Assembly (NCBI GenBank): GCA_049325595.1 | Contig: JBMOLF010000007.1 | Span: 32,001 to 96,000, forward strand | DNA length: 64,000 bases | Source of the DNA: Candidatus Babelota bacterium | GTDB lineage: Bacteria > Babelota > Babeliae > Babelales > Vermiphilaceae | Reading direction: 5' to 3' | Shown: positions 30,462-39,197 of the stretch, piece after piece | Position numbering within the stretch: position 1 is the stretch's first letter | Layout of the letters: every line of letters starts with the position of its first letter | Position numbers and translations under genes: made by a program | The notes under the pieces: generated by a model | The model's database searches: none | The model's input: the letters and a program-made list of their open reading frames with translations, nothing else | Told to the model about the DNA's origin: nothing

Positions 30462-31349
30462 ATGATTGATTTTGTCAAGCATCGTTATATAGCGTTGACG
30501 CTCAGCGGGTTATTTGTTTTAGCAGCAATTGGCCTTTATGGGTATCGACTTATGACAACAGGTCAAACATTTGCCTATAGCGTAGACTTTACCGGTGGTG
30601 CGCAAGTTTTATTAAAATTTGATAAACCAGTAAGCACTATTCAAATAAGAGATATTCTAGAAAAAGAGGGAATGCAGGGTGTTATTACCCGAGAGTTTTC
30701 TGAGGATGAAGTTTTAGTTCGCGTAAAAGAATTAACATCTGATTCTAAATTGCTTGGCGAAAATATCAAAAATACTATCCAAAGTAACATTCCAGATAAT
30801 AATGTTAAAATCTTGCAAACGGAAATCGTTGGGCCGGGTGTTGGCAAAACATTGCGCTGGAATTCTATCTGGGCTGTATTGATTTCTTTGATTGCCATTT
30901 TGATTTATATCGCCATAAGATTTAGATCGGCTGCTTTTGCAATAGGGGCAATTGTAGCTCTTGCGCATGATGCATTGGTTATGTTGGCTGCATGCTTGAT
31001 ATTTAATCGAGAAATTTCGATTACCGTGATCGGTGCAATGCTTGCGGTGCTTGGATATTCTATTAATGATACTATCGTAATCTTTGCAAGAATTCGCGAT
31101 AATTTGAAAAAAATGCCTCAGGCATCGCTTGAGCAAATTGTTAATATAAGCTTGAACTCTACTTTGCGTAGAACCTTGCTTACTAGCTTTGCAACAATGC
31201 TCACTGTGCTTGCAATGTTTATATTGGGTGGCGAAGCATTAAGAGACTTTTCATTTATATTGCTTGTGGGTATTATTTTTGGTACCTATTCCTCAATATA
31301 TATTGCAAGTCCTATTATGATGATGTTATACAATAAAAAAAATAAGTAA
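30462..31349 (+). CDS. secF: Protein translocase subunit SecF
   Basis: VDFTGG, VGPGVG, ALAHD, GYSINDTIVIFARIRDN, RTLLTS, GTYSSIYIA. Confidence 0.95.
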   Translation: MIDFVKHRYIALTLSGLFVLAAIGLYGYRLMTTGQTFAYSVDFTGGAQVLLKFDKPVSTIQIRDILEKEGMQGVITREFSEDEVLVRVKELTSDSKLLGENIKNTIQSNIPDNNVKILQTEIVGPGVGKTLRWNSIWAVLISLIAILIYIAIRFRSAAFAIGAIVALAHDALVMLAACLIFNREISITVIGAMLAVLGYSINDTIVIFARIRDNLKKMPQASLEQIVNISLNSTLRRTLLTSFATMLTVLAMFILGGEALRDFSFILLVGIIFGTYSSIYIASPIMMMLYNKKNK

Positions 31350-31676
31350 TTATTTAAAATAATAGTAAGAGTAGTAATAAAAAAGTAGTAGAAGGCGTTG
31401 TTTGTATAAAAAGCGCCTTTATAACCTTGTTATGATTAAAAAAGGTTATATATTAATTAGCGTATGCATTACATGTGTCTCCTCTGAAAAGTTATTTCAG
31501 AAAATTTAATAGAAATTAATGTATGAAAAGCACAATAAGTTGCTGCTTTTTAAATGAAATTCAAATCACGTCATATTTGTTAGCTAATACTCATGTGATA
31601 ATAATGAATATGCAGTATTAGGCATCTAAGGAGTTTTTCAAATGATATCTATGCGTTACTATTCTAAAAGGAGATT

Positions 31677-33359
31677 TTGATGATTGATCAAGATCAAAAA
31701 CAACCTTTGACTCCCATACAGGAAGATACCACAACTGAGGTTGGACAAAAGGAAGTTGCCGAAAAAGAACAAACTACTCCGGCAGATTTATCTGAAATTA
31801 AAGTTGAGAATCAAATAGAAAATGAAACTCAACCACAAACAACTCCCCCAATGCGTAGTCAAGGCCGTTCAACTCGTAGTGGACATCGCACTGAACGTAG
31901 ATATCATCAAAAAAATACTGATGTTATTCAAAAAGCAGAGCCAGTAAGACCATCCGAATCAAAAGGTTTAGAAAGAGCGTATGATGAACAACCGCCATCT
32001 GAAGGGCGTCTAGAAGCGCGTAGACCTGAGCAACGCTATTACGATAATCAACGTGAGCGTGCTAAAGAATATCGTGCTCCGCAGCAACCATTAGCTATAG
32101 AAGAACTCTCATTAATGGAGTTAAATTCATATGCGAGAAAGTTAGGAATTATTGGCGCTGCCTTAATGACCAAGCAAAAATTAATCGAGCGTATTAAATA
32201 TGTTGAAGCTCATCCAGAGATGGAACTTGAGGTTGAAGGGGTTTTAGAAAAACTACCTGATGGATTTGGTTTTTTACGTTCTGCTCAATATGATTATGTT
32301 TCGGGTCCCGATGATGTTTATGTTTCGCCATCGCAAATTAGACGTTTTAATTTACGTACGGGCGACACTATTTCTGGGGTGATTCGTAAACCAAAAGAAG
32401 GTGAAAAATATTTTGCATTGCTCAAAGTTAATAAAGTTAATTTTGAAGAGCCATCAACTACCGCAGATCGCCCGAGTTTTGATCGCTTAACGCCTTTACA
32501 TCCAAATAAAAAATTTAATTTAGAGTTTGATCCAACCATAATTTCTACCCGAATTATGGATTTGTTTACCCCAATTGGTAAAGGTCAACGAGCTCTTATC
32601 GTTGCACCCCCAAAAGTTGGTAAAACGATGCTTTTAAAAGAAATAGCGCAAGCTCTTATTGCCAACCATCCTGAATCACATTTGATTGTTTTACCAATTG
32701 ATGAACGTCCAGAAGAAGTTGCTGATATGAAGCGTACGGTGCGCGGTACTCCTGCTGAAGTTATTAGTTCGACCTTTGATGAGTCTGCAGAGCGCCATGT
32801 ACAGGTTGCTGAAATTGTGCTTGAAAAAGCAAAACGCATGGTTGAGTCTGGCAAAGATGTCGTAATTCTTCTAGATTCTATCACTCGTCTTGCGCGTGCT
32901 TATAATACGGTAGCTCCTGCTTCAGGTAAGGTTTTAACTGGTGGGATCGATGCAAATGCTTTGCAAAGACCAAAACGATTCTTTGGTGCAGCGCGTAATA
33001 CCGAAGAGGGTGGATCACTTACTATTATTGCCACCGCGTTAATTGATACCGGTTCTCGTATGGATGAAGTAATCTATGAAGAATTTAAGGGTACTGGTAA
33101 CCTTGAAATGCACATGACTCGTAAGTTATCTAACCGTCGTATTTACCCAGCATTTGATTTACTCATGTCTGGCACACGTCGTGAAGATCTCTTGCTTTCT
33201 GAAGAAGATCTTAACAAAGTATGGATTCTACAGAAATTCTTAGCGACTATGAGCACTATCGAAGGTATGGAGTTCTTGATTGATAAGATGAAGAAAACCA
33301 AAACAAATCGTGAATTCATAGAAAGCATAAATAAGAAAACGGTTCCTACTGCTTCTTAA
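31677..33359 (+). CDS. rho: Transcription termination factor Rho with long N-terminal extension
   Basis: [67 protein letters not shown]. Confidence 0.97.
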   Translation: MMIDQDQKQPLTPIQEDTTTEVGQKEVAEKEQTTPADLSEIKVENQIENETQPQTTPPMRSQGRSTRSGHRTERRYHQKNTDVIQKAEPVRPSESKGLERAYDEQPPSEGRLEARRPEQRYYDNQRERAKEYRAPQQPLAIEELSLMELNSYARKLGIIGAALMTKQKLIERIKYVEAHPEMELEVEGVLEKLPDGFGFLRSAQYDYVSGPDDVYVSPSQIRRFNLRTGDTISGVIRKPKEGEKYFALLKVNKVNFEEPSTTADRPSFDRLTPLHPNKKFNLEFDPTIISTRIMDLFTPIGKGQRALIVAPPKVGKTMLLKEIAQALIANHPESHLIVLPIDERPEEVADMKRTVRGTPAEVISSTFDESAERHVQVAEIVLEKAKRMVESGKDVVILLDSITRLARAYNTVAPASGKVLTGGIDANALQRPKRFFGAARNTEEGGSLTIIATALIDTGSRMDEVIYEEFKGTGNLEMHMTRKLSNRRIYPAFDLLMSGTRREDLLLSEEDLNKVWILQKFLATMSTIEGMEFLIDKMKKTKTNREFIESINKKTVPTAS

Positions 33360-33374
33360 TATTGATTATAATGA

Positions 33375-33406
33375 TGTATGCAGGTTAGTAAAAAAGCCTG
33401 CATACA
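33375..33406 (+). terminator. Hairpin after rho, possible terminator
   Basis: TGTATGCAGG...CCTGCATACA inverted repeat with a weak U-tail. Confidence 0.5.
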
Positions 33407-33428
33407 CTTATAAAATACGTGGTAGTAT

Positions 33429-34037
33429 ATGAAATGGATTCTTTGCTTTATTTTTTTTTCTTTTTTGGAAAGTGCTTGTCAAGAACAAGAGTTGCACTCA
33501 AAACCTTTTGAATCATATTTGTTAACACAAATTGAAGAAAATGAAGCTCATCAAAAAACCTATCTAGAGTTTTTAAAAAAACAAAAACAAAAATCTAATC
33601 AGGCATTCTGTTCTGAATTATTTTATAAAGAAACAAAATTTTTTTTGTATGGCTTATATTGCGTCCAAACTTTGATTGAAAAAGATTTAAATAAATCGTT
33701 TTTTTATATTGAACAGCATCTTTATGCTGCCGCGGATTTACAAAAGGCATTATGTAGCCTTAAAGCTGGAATTATTCAAACATTATGGGATAATCATTGC
33801 TTCCTATCGCATATTGAGACTGCAACGCATTATCAAAAAAAAGGGTATGGTTCGTGTTTGATGGGCCATTTAGAGGCATTAGCTCGAAATGCACACTGTG
33901 AAAAAATTATTTTAGACTCAAAACAGGAAGCTGTTCAATTTTATGAAAAATTGGGATTTAAACAAGATTATGATCGAGATAGTTCGTACGATAATTGCAT
34001 AGCGATGGTGAAATATTTAAATGAGAGGAAAAAATAA
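33429..34037 (+). CDS. GNAT-family N-acetyltransferase with N-terminal signal peptide
   Basis: Motif A HYQKKGYGSCLM; motif B AVQFYEKLGF. Confidence 0.8.
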   Translation: MKWILCFIFFSFLESACQEQELHSKPFESYLLTQIEENEAHQKTYLEFLKKQKQKSNQAFCSELFYKETKFFLYGLYCVQTLIEKDLNKSFFYIEQHLYAAADLQKALCSLKAGIIQTLWDNHCFLSHIETATHYQKKGYGSCLMGHLEALARNAHCEKIILDSKQEAVQFYEKLGFKQDYDRDSSYDNCIAMVKYLNERKK

Positions 34038-34636
34038 TGATACTAGTACTTATGGCTCTAATATCACTAACTATGATTGCGCAAGAAAAGCCCTTAATTA
34101 ATTATTTAAATGAAAAACAATATCGCAAGCTTGATGTATCTAATAGTAGTTTTGCTTCTCACCAAATTTATTGTAAGAATGAAGAATACAACACCAATTC
34201 ATTAGTACTCAAAAATACATGGATAATTAATAAACATACTTGCTGTGGCAATAAAATATTGATAGACCAAAATAATCAAGAATTATTTTGTGGAATAGAG
34301 ATAAAAAATGTTGATAACCATCCATGTTGTTATATAACCCTCAATTATGATGGTATGGATAAGCATTATTTTACTCTGATACAACAAAAGCTCGAAGAAG
34401 AGCTTATGGCAGCAGAAGTTTCTTTGATTAAAGGTGAAATAATAGACGGTGAACTGGAATTTTATGAAAAGCTTGGATTTAAATTAGATGACCAAAAAAA
34501 TGCCCTTCCCCTATGTAAAAAAATTATAAAAGAGCTTAACCAAGCAAGCAATTCTCCTGCTATTTCAAAATATCAAGAGACAAGTCAGAAAATTCGCCGT
34601 GCTGCGCTCGATAGTTTCCTACATACGCAATCATAG
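34037..34636 (+). CDS. Degenerate GNAT-like exported protein
   Basis: Signal peptide; EFYEKLGFK shared with the upstream gene; motif A not evident. Confidence 0.55.
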   Translation: MILVLMALISLTMIAQEKPLINYLNEKQYRKLDVSNSSFASHQIYCKNEEYNTNSLVLKNTWIINKHTCCGNKILIDQNNQELFCGIEIKNVDNHPCCYITLNYDGMDKHYFTLIQQKLEEELMAAEVSLIKGEIIDGELEFYEKLGFKLDDQKNALPLCKKIIKELNQASNSPAISKYQETSQKIRRAALDSFLHTQS

Positions 34637-35594
34637 CGGCGTTATCAGTGCAGTATTTAGGAGAAGGCCAATAAAGCGACAAGCCATGAGTGTTACACCA
34701 TTCTTGTAAATGGTATTTAATATATTTGTTGCACGCAACGCCACCAACAAAGGTAACAGCTTTTATTGCAGGATATAGGTGGTGTGCTCGTGCAATTTTT
34801 TGAATAAAAATATCTTTGATTGCAACGAGTAATGAACTACATACTTTATTAATAAATTGGTCATCACCAGCACGTAAAAACGTTTTTGTTTGCATGTCAT
34901 ATGCTTTTTGTTTTACTAGATCATACAAAACAGCGGTTTTAAGACCAGAAAAACTAAAATCAAGTGAATTACTTGTTGAGCGTGGATAAGAAAAATAATC
35001 CTCAAAATGTGCCTGTGCAGCGCGTTGTTCAATTATAGGGCCACCAGGATAACCAAGACCTAGTAATTTTGCTACTTTATCAAATGCTTCACCTGCCGCG
35101 TCGTCGGCTGTTTGACCAATAATTTGATATTTACCAAAATCTTCTACTAAGTAGAGTGATGTATGTCCACCAGAAGCAGTTAAACATACATGAGGAAATG
35201 GAATGTTATGCTCTAAAAAAGCTGAAAAAGCATGTCCTTCTAAATGATTTACACCAATTAACTTTTTTTGTTTTGACCAGGCTAGCGCCTTAGCAAAGCA
35301 CACACCAATTAACAAAGATCCTGGCAAACCAGGTTTGTTAGTAACCGCTATAACATCAATATCATCTAGGGTTATCTTTGCTTGTTCTAACGCATGAGCT
35401 ACAATGGTATTTATTTTTTCAAGATGTGCACGAGATGCAATTTCGGGTACCACACCACCATAATTTTGATGGAGAGCAATCTGTGAAAATAATACATTTG
35501 ATAAAATACCACGTTGAGCATCATAGACTGCGGCAGCAGTTTCATCGCACGATGTTTCTATACCAAGGGTAAAGCGAATGCGGTTGTTTTCCAT
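34560..35594 (-). CDS. tsaD: tRNA t6A threonylcarbamoyltransferase TsaD
   Basis: LGIETSCDET, GGVVPEIASRAH, NHLEGH, SGGHT, DDAAGEAFDK, FSFSGLKT, TDNAAMI. Confidence 0.97.
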   Translation of the reverse strand: MENNRIRFTLGIETSCDETAAAVYDAQRGILSNVLFSQIALHQNYGGVVPEIASRAHLEKINTIVAHALEQAKITLDDIDVIAVTNKPGLPGSLLIGVCFAKALAWSKQKKLIGVNHLEGHAFSAFLEHNIPFPHVCLTASGGHTSLYLVEDFGKYQIIGQTADDAAGEAFDKVAKLLGLGYPGGPIIEQRAAQAHFEDYFSYPRSTSNSLDFSFSGLKTAVLYDLVKQKAYDMQTKTFLRAGDDQFINKVCSSLLVAIKDIFIQKIARAHHLYPAIKAVTFVGGVACNKYIKYHLQEWCNTHGLSLYWPSPKYCTDNAAMIAYVGNYRAQHGEFSDLSLDILK

Positions 35595-36298
35595 TAGAAA
35601 TTGAATGCTACTATTGTTTTAGGGTGTGCAAATTGTTTTACTTCTTGTCTGATATTGGCATGAATAGTATCTAAATCAAGCGCCGAGATTAAAATTTTTG
35701 CCGATTCTTGATGGAGCTTTTCTTCTGAGCCAGTAATTTTTAAAACATCAGGTTTTACAATGATTTTAGGAAATTCAAATGAGCTACCCCCGTCGAGCCG
35801 TTCAACAAACGTAGGCTCATAGCAAACGATGATGGTATCGTCAGGAAGTCTACCATTTTGAGGCAACTCAATTTCCTTGATAAGCCATTTATAAACCATT
35901 GTTGCATTATTTTTTTGCTCGACGTTATCAGTTTTTTCTTCTGGAATTAATACTAATTCAATGGCATAAAACTTATAGGGCTCTGTAGGGTTTATTTTAA
36001 GATATTCAATAGTATTAGTTTTAGGCGCAGTAAGCTCGTAACTCATATTTTTAGCATTTACAATTACCATATAAAAAAATGTTCTTTGACGGTAATCAGA
36101 AATGGCAAAAGAAACTTTTTTGGTCTCATGATCTAGCTCACCACTAATTTTGCGACCTGCACAATATACCCGAACATCAGGTACTTTTTTTAAGGTTAAT
36201 GGGAATTGAATAGTGCCACTAAAAACGGTTTTTTCAATAAAACTCAATGAGTTTTGAACATACAAGAGGGTAAAAATTATAAAGAATAGTTTTTTCAT
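35594..36298 (-). CDS. Exported hypothetical protein, translationally coupled to tsaD
   Basis: Start MKKLFF with GAGG RBS; signal peptide; stop overlaps the tsaD start. Confidence 0.65.
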   Translation of the reverse strand: MKKLFFIIFTLLYVQNSLSFIEKTVFSGTIQFPLTLKKVPDVRVYCAGRKISGELDHETKKVSFAISDYRQRTFFYMVIVNAKNMSYELTAPKTNTIEYLKINPTEPYKFYAIELVLIPEEKTDNVEQKNNATMVYKWLIKEIELPQNGRLPDDTIIVCYEPTFVERLDGGSSFEFPKIIVKPDVLKITGSEEKLHQESAKILISALDLDTIHANIRQEVKQFAHPKTIVAFNF

Positions 36299-36403
36299 GA
36301 AGCCTCTTATCGGTCGGTTTTTTGCAATAGCCAAATAGATAACTATAGATTAGAATATATAAAAAAATGGTTTTTTCAAAAAACCTAACTAAATGAACAA
36401 AAA

Positions 36404-36865
36404 ATGAAAATAATTGCCCAAAATAAAAAAGCTTTTCACGATTATCATATTCTCAATACTATCGAAGCAGGAATTGTGCTTACTGGTGATGAGGTAAAAT
36501 CGTTACGGTTAGGCCATGTTGCCTTAGTAGGTTCTTTTGCAACAGTGCATCAGGGGGAGCTCTACTTAATTAATTGTAAAATTACTCCTTATGCTAAAGC
36601 ATACCAGGTAAAAGATGAGCAGGCTTCAACACGTAGTCGCAAACTGTTGTTGCACAAACGTGAACTTACCAAACTTATTGGAGATATTGCCAAAAAAGGA
36701 ATTACGATTGTTCCTTTAAAACTATATTTTAATAATAAGAATTTGGTTAAAGTTGAACTTGGCATTGCAAAGCACAAAAAAACTACCGATAAAAAATCTG
36801 AACTTAAAGAACGCGATATTAAGCGCGAAACATCGCGTGAATTGCGCGGGAAAATAAGATTTTAA
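36404..36865 (+). CDS. smpB: SsrA-binding protein SmpB
   Basis: IAQNKKAFHDY, EAGIVLTGDEVKSLR, RKLLLHKRE, VPLKLYF. Confidence 0.97.
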   Translation: MKIIAQNKKAFHDYHILNTIEAGIVLTGDEVKSLRLGHVALVGSFATVHQGELYLINCKITPYAKAYQVKDEQASTRSRKLLLHKRELTKLIGDIAKKGITIVPLKLYFNNKNLVKVELGIAKHKKTTDKKSELKERDIKRETSRELRGKIRF

Positions 36866-36935
36866 TAGATTTCTCATGTTTAGTCAGAAATAATTGAATT
36901 ATTAATCGAATTAATGGTTAAAACAGCTCGATTTA

Positions 36936-36964
36936 TTGACTGATATACCAATTGAAAGTAATCT
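36936..36964 (+). promoter_or_regulatory. Putative promoter for tmRNA
   Basis: TTGACT-N17-TAATCT ending about 25 bp upstream of the mature 5' end. Confidence 0.45.
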
Positions 36965-36988
36965 TATTTATAAGTATTTGAAATGTAT

Positions 36989-37358
36989 GGGGGCGTAATT
37001 GGCTTCGACGTGTTATTGTTGGCTTTAAGAGCATGCCGAGCGTTGGCTAAGTGCTCGTAAAACAATTGGTCAAAAAGAAATGCAAACGCATTTGAATCTG
37101 CTCCAGCTTTTGCGTAAGTAAAACTGGCTAGCAACTTGTTAACTGGGCGTGTCTATCAGTTTGGTTAACACGTATTAGACCAGATAGAACTGATTATGCA
37201 AGATTACATGCTTGTGTAGCATAATTGAGTACACTCAAGCATCTTAGTAGCAATGCTCTGTCTTTGAGGTAGCTACTACGTATATTCAAAGAATAAGCGT
37301 GTAGGGCTTAAGGTCTTTGATAGTGCGGACATGGGTTCGACTCCCATCGCCTCCACCA
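36989..37358 (+). ncRNA. ssrA: Transfer-messenger RNA; tag peptide (A)ANAFESAPAFA* at 37082-37117
   Basis: 5' GGGGGCG...TTCGAC pairs with 3' CGCCTCC-ACCA including the G3:U Ala determinant; T-arm ATGGG-TTCGACT-CCCAT; tag ORF ending AFA-TAA; adjacent to smpB. Confidence 0.96.
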
Positions 37359-37517
37359 TGCTTCGTTCTACGAACTACGCATGGCGCAGCCATAAAATGA
37401 CTTTGATAACGAAGCATGCCCTGCGTAGCTTGCCAAGCCGGTAGGCCTGGATAAGCGTAGCATGGGCCAAATTAATAAACTAAACACAATTAGTTCTTCG
37501 TTCTACGAACTACGCAT
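37356..37517. repeat. Cluster of REP-like palindromes left of the GIY-YIG gene
   Basis: CCATG-CTTCG-ttctacgaa-CTACG-CATGG (37356-37384); inverted partner CCCTG-CGTAG-ctt..aag-CGTAG-CATGG (37419-37465); exact 22-nt recopy CTTCGTTCTACGAACTACGCAT at 37361-37382 and 37496-37517. Confidence 0.8.
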
Positions 37518-37558
37518 AGTCTTAAAATTACACTTCAGAGTTTTTTATTTAAAAATAT

Positions 37559-37801
37559 ATGTATTTTGTATATTTGCTCAAATCAATTAATTTTTCTAAT
37601 CAAACATACATTGGATACACTACCGATATTCAAAATCGTTTGATAACACATAATAATGGTGGGTCGCCACATACAGCTAAATATAAGCCTTGGAAATTAC
37701 ACGCCTATTTTGCATTTGAAGATAAATATGTAGCGCTTAAATTTGAGCAATATTTAAAATCACATGCAGGAAAAGCATTTGCCAATAAAAGGTTATGGTA
37801 A
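37559..37801 (+). CDS. Stand-alone GIY-YIG nuclease (YhbQ/UPF0213-like)
   Basis: YFVYLL, TYIGYT, RLITHN, HTAKYKPW, ALKFEQYLKS. Confidence 0.9.
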   Translation: MYFVYLLKSINFSNQTYIGYTTDIQNRLITHNNGGSPHTAKYKPWKLHAYFAFEDKYVALKFEQYLKSHAGKAFANKRLW

Positions 37802-37824
37802 ACCGCACAAGGCTTCATCTGGTA

Positions 37825-37950
37825 TCCTGCATGTTAAAACTTCGCAGGACAAGAGCCAGCTTCTTTAACGGTATAACTCAAAAATCTGAGAAAATATTTA
37901 ATAGCAAGAAGTGAAGTATGTCCTTCGTAGCTCGCAGAGCATAGTAGGAC
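37825..37950. repeat. Degenerate REP-like palindrome pair right of the GIY-YIG gene
   Basis: TCCTG-catgttaaaa-CTTCG-CAGGA (37825-37849) and GTCCTT-CGTAG-ctcgcagag-CATAG-TAGGAC (37920-37950). Confidence 0.65.
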
Positions 37951-38071
37951 GACAAGTTATCTTTTCAAATGATCAGATAAACTTCTTTTTGTATCTCTGC
38001 AAAGTTGACAGAGTATTCATGTTCTAGCTATGTTTATGGCTATCAATATATCTTTTTAAAAGGAGCTCAAC

Positions 38072-38581
38072 ATGAAAAAAATAATAGTGTTAACAATAGC
38101 TATGATAACTTCGGTGTCATATGTTCGCGCGGAAGTTGAAGGTAAAATAAATAACGTTATAGAACGTTTAACGCCAGCGGTAAATGCACGATCATTAGCA
38201 CGTGATGCTGCTTATATCGCTACCAAATCATGTCCCAATTCAGGATCGGTACAAACACCATTGGGTACCGTAGAATCAGCAGATGTTGCTCGCTATTTAG
38301 TAGCGGTAATTTTACATGCGCAAAATATTAAAGGTGCGGTTGCAACAGTGGCTCAACAAGCGTTAGAAGATTTAGGTATGTTTGGTTTTAATACCGTAAA
38401 TAGTTCGATATCTCAGGCTACTCAGCAAATTAAATTAAATTGTTTATCTAACTTTGTTCGTAAAGTAAATGCACTTTTTGCAAAAGATAGTTTTGGTAAC
38501 TATGTTGTTCGCTGGTTATTGCGAGCAAAAACTCAAGAGTTTGTTAATTCAAGTAATGTAAAATCAGTTAATCGTAAATAA
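38072..38581 (+). CDS. Exported hypothetical protein
   Basis: AAGGAG RBS; signal peptide ending VRA; TTGACA element near 38005. Confidence 0.65.
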   Translation: MKKIIVLTIAMITSVSYVRAEVEGKINNVIERLTPAVNARSLARDAAYIATKSCPNSGSVQTPLGTVESADVARYLVAVILHAQNIKGAVATVAQQALEDLGMFGFNTVNSSISQATQQIKLNCLSNFVRKVNALFAKDSFGNYVVRWLLRAKTQEFVNSSNVKSVNRK

Positions 38582-38600
38582 TTTAATTTTAGAAAATACT

Positions 38601-38637
38601 AAAAAGGACTTGCCCTAAAGGCAGGTCCTCTTTTTTA
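38601..38637 (+). terminator. Intrinsic terminator
   Basis: AGGACTTGCC-ctaaa-GGCAGGTCCT followed by a T-tract. Confidence 0.8.
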
Positions 38638-38728
38638 TTAGAAATAATAGCAATTGCCATACTTTTAATTATTTGTATACTGCTTTCCATTAATATTTTT
38701 CTAATTTGATTTTCAAAAAGGATTTTCC

Positions 38729-39181
38729 ATGGTTAAGATCACGCATGCAATGTTACTGGCATTTTGTTTTTCTACTGTTATGAGGGCCAGCATTATTGAT
38801 GATGCAAAAAAACATGCTGATTTTAAAGTGACCAAAGAAAATGCTCAGGGTGAAGGCCGTTTACATTTGCAAATGATTGATATTATAAGAAAAGCTTTGA
38901 CTGAATCTGTTGAATGCTTGAAAAAAGCTTATCGAGAAAAAAGAGAAGAAATCCAAAAAAATGATTTGTTTAATCAATGTGATAGTGCTACCGAATCATG
39001 TGAAAAAGTTGCTGAGACGTTAAAAAATATGAATGAACAAGCAAAAGATTTATTGATTAAGCTTCAGTTTGAATATAAAGCACTCAAAACAGTAGAGGGA
39101 TTTTATAAAAAATACAACGAAAAACTAATGCCATATTCTGAAGTTGTTGCACCGGTGGTTACTACCAACCAGGAATCATAA
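38729..39181 (+). CDS. Exported helical hypothetical protein
   Basis: AAGGA RBS; signal peptide; coiled-coil-like. Confidence 0.6.
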   Translation: MVKITHAMLLAFCFSTVMRASIIDDAKKHADFKVTKENAQGEGRLHLQMIDIIRKALTESVECLKKAYREKREEIQKNDLFNQCDSATESCEKVAETLKNMNEQAKDLLIKLQFEYKALKTVEGFYKKYNEKLMPYSEVVAPVVTTNQES

Positions 39182-39197
39182 GTTTTAATTATTACCC

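Noticed and set aside
37325..37358. tRNA-like T-arm and CCA as a separate tRNA gene
   Set aside because: It is the 3' half of the tmRNA tRNA-like domain and pairs with 36989-36995; there is no anticodon arm.
37361..37517. CRISPR array from the 22-nt direct repeat
   Set aside because: Only two exact copies, 135 bp apart with inverted relatives in between, and no cas genes.
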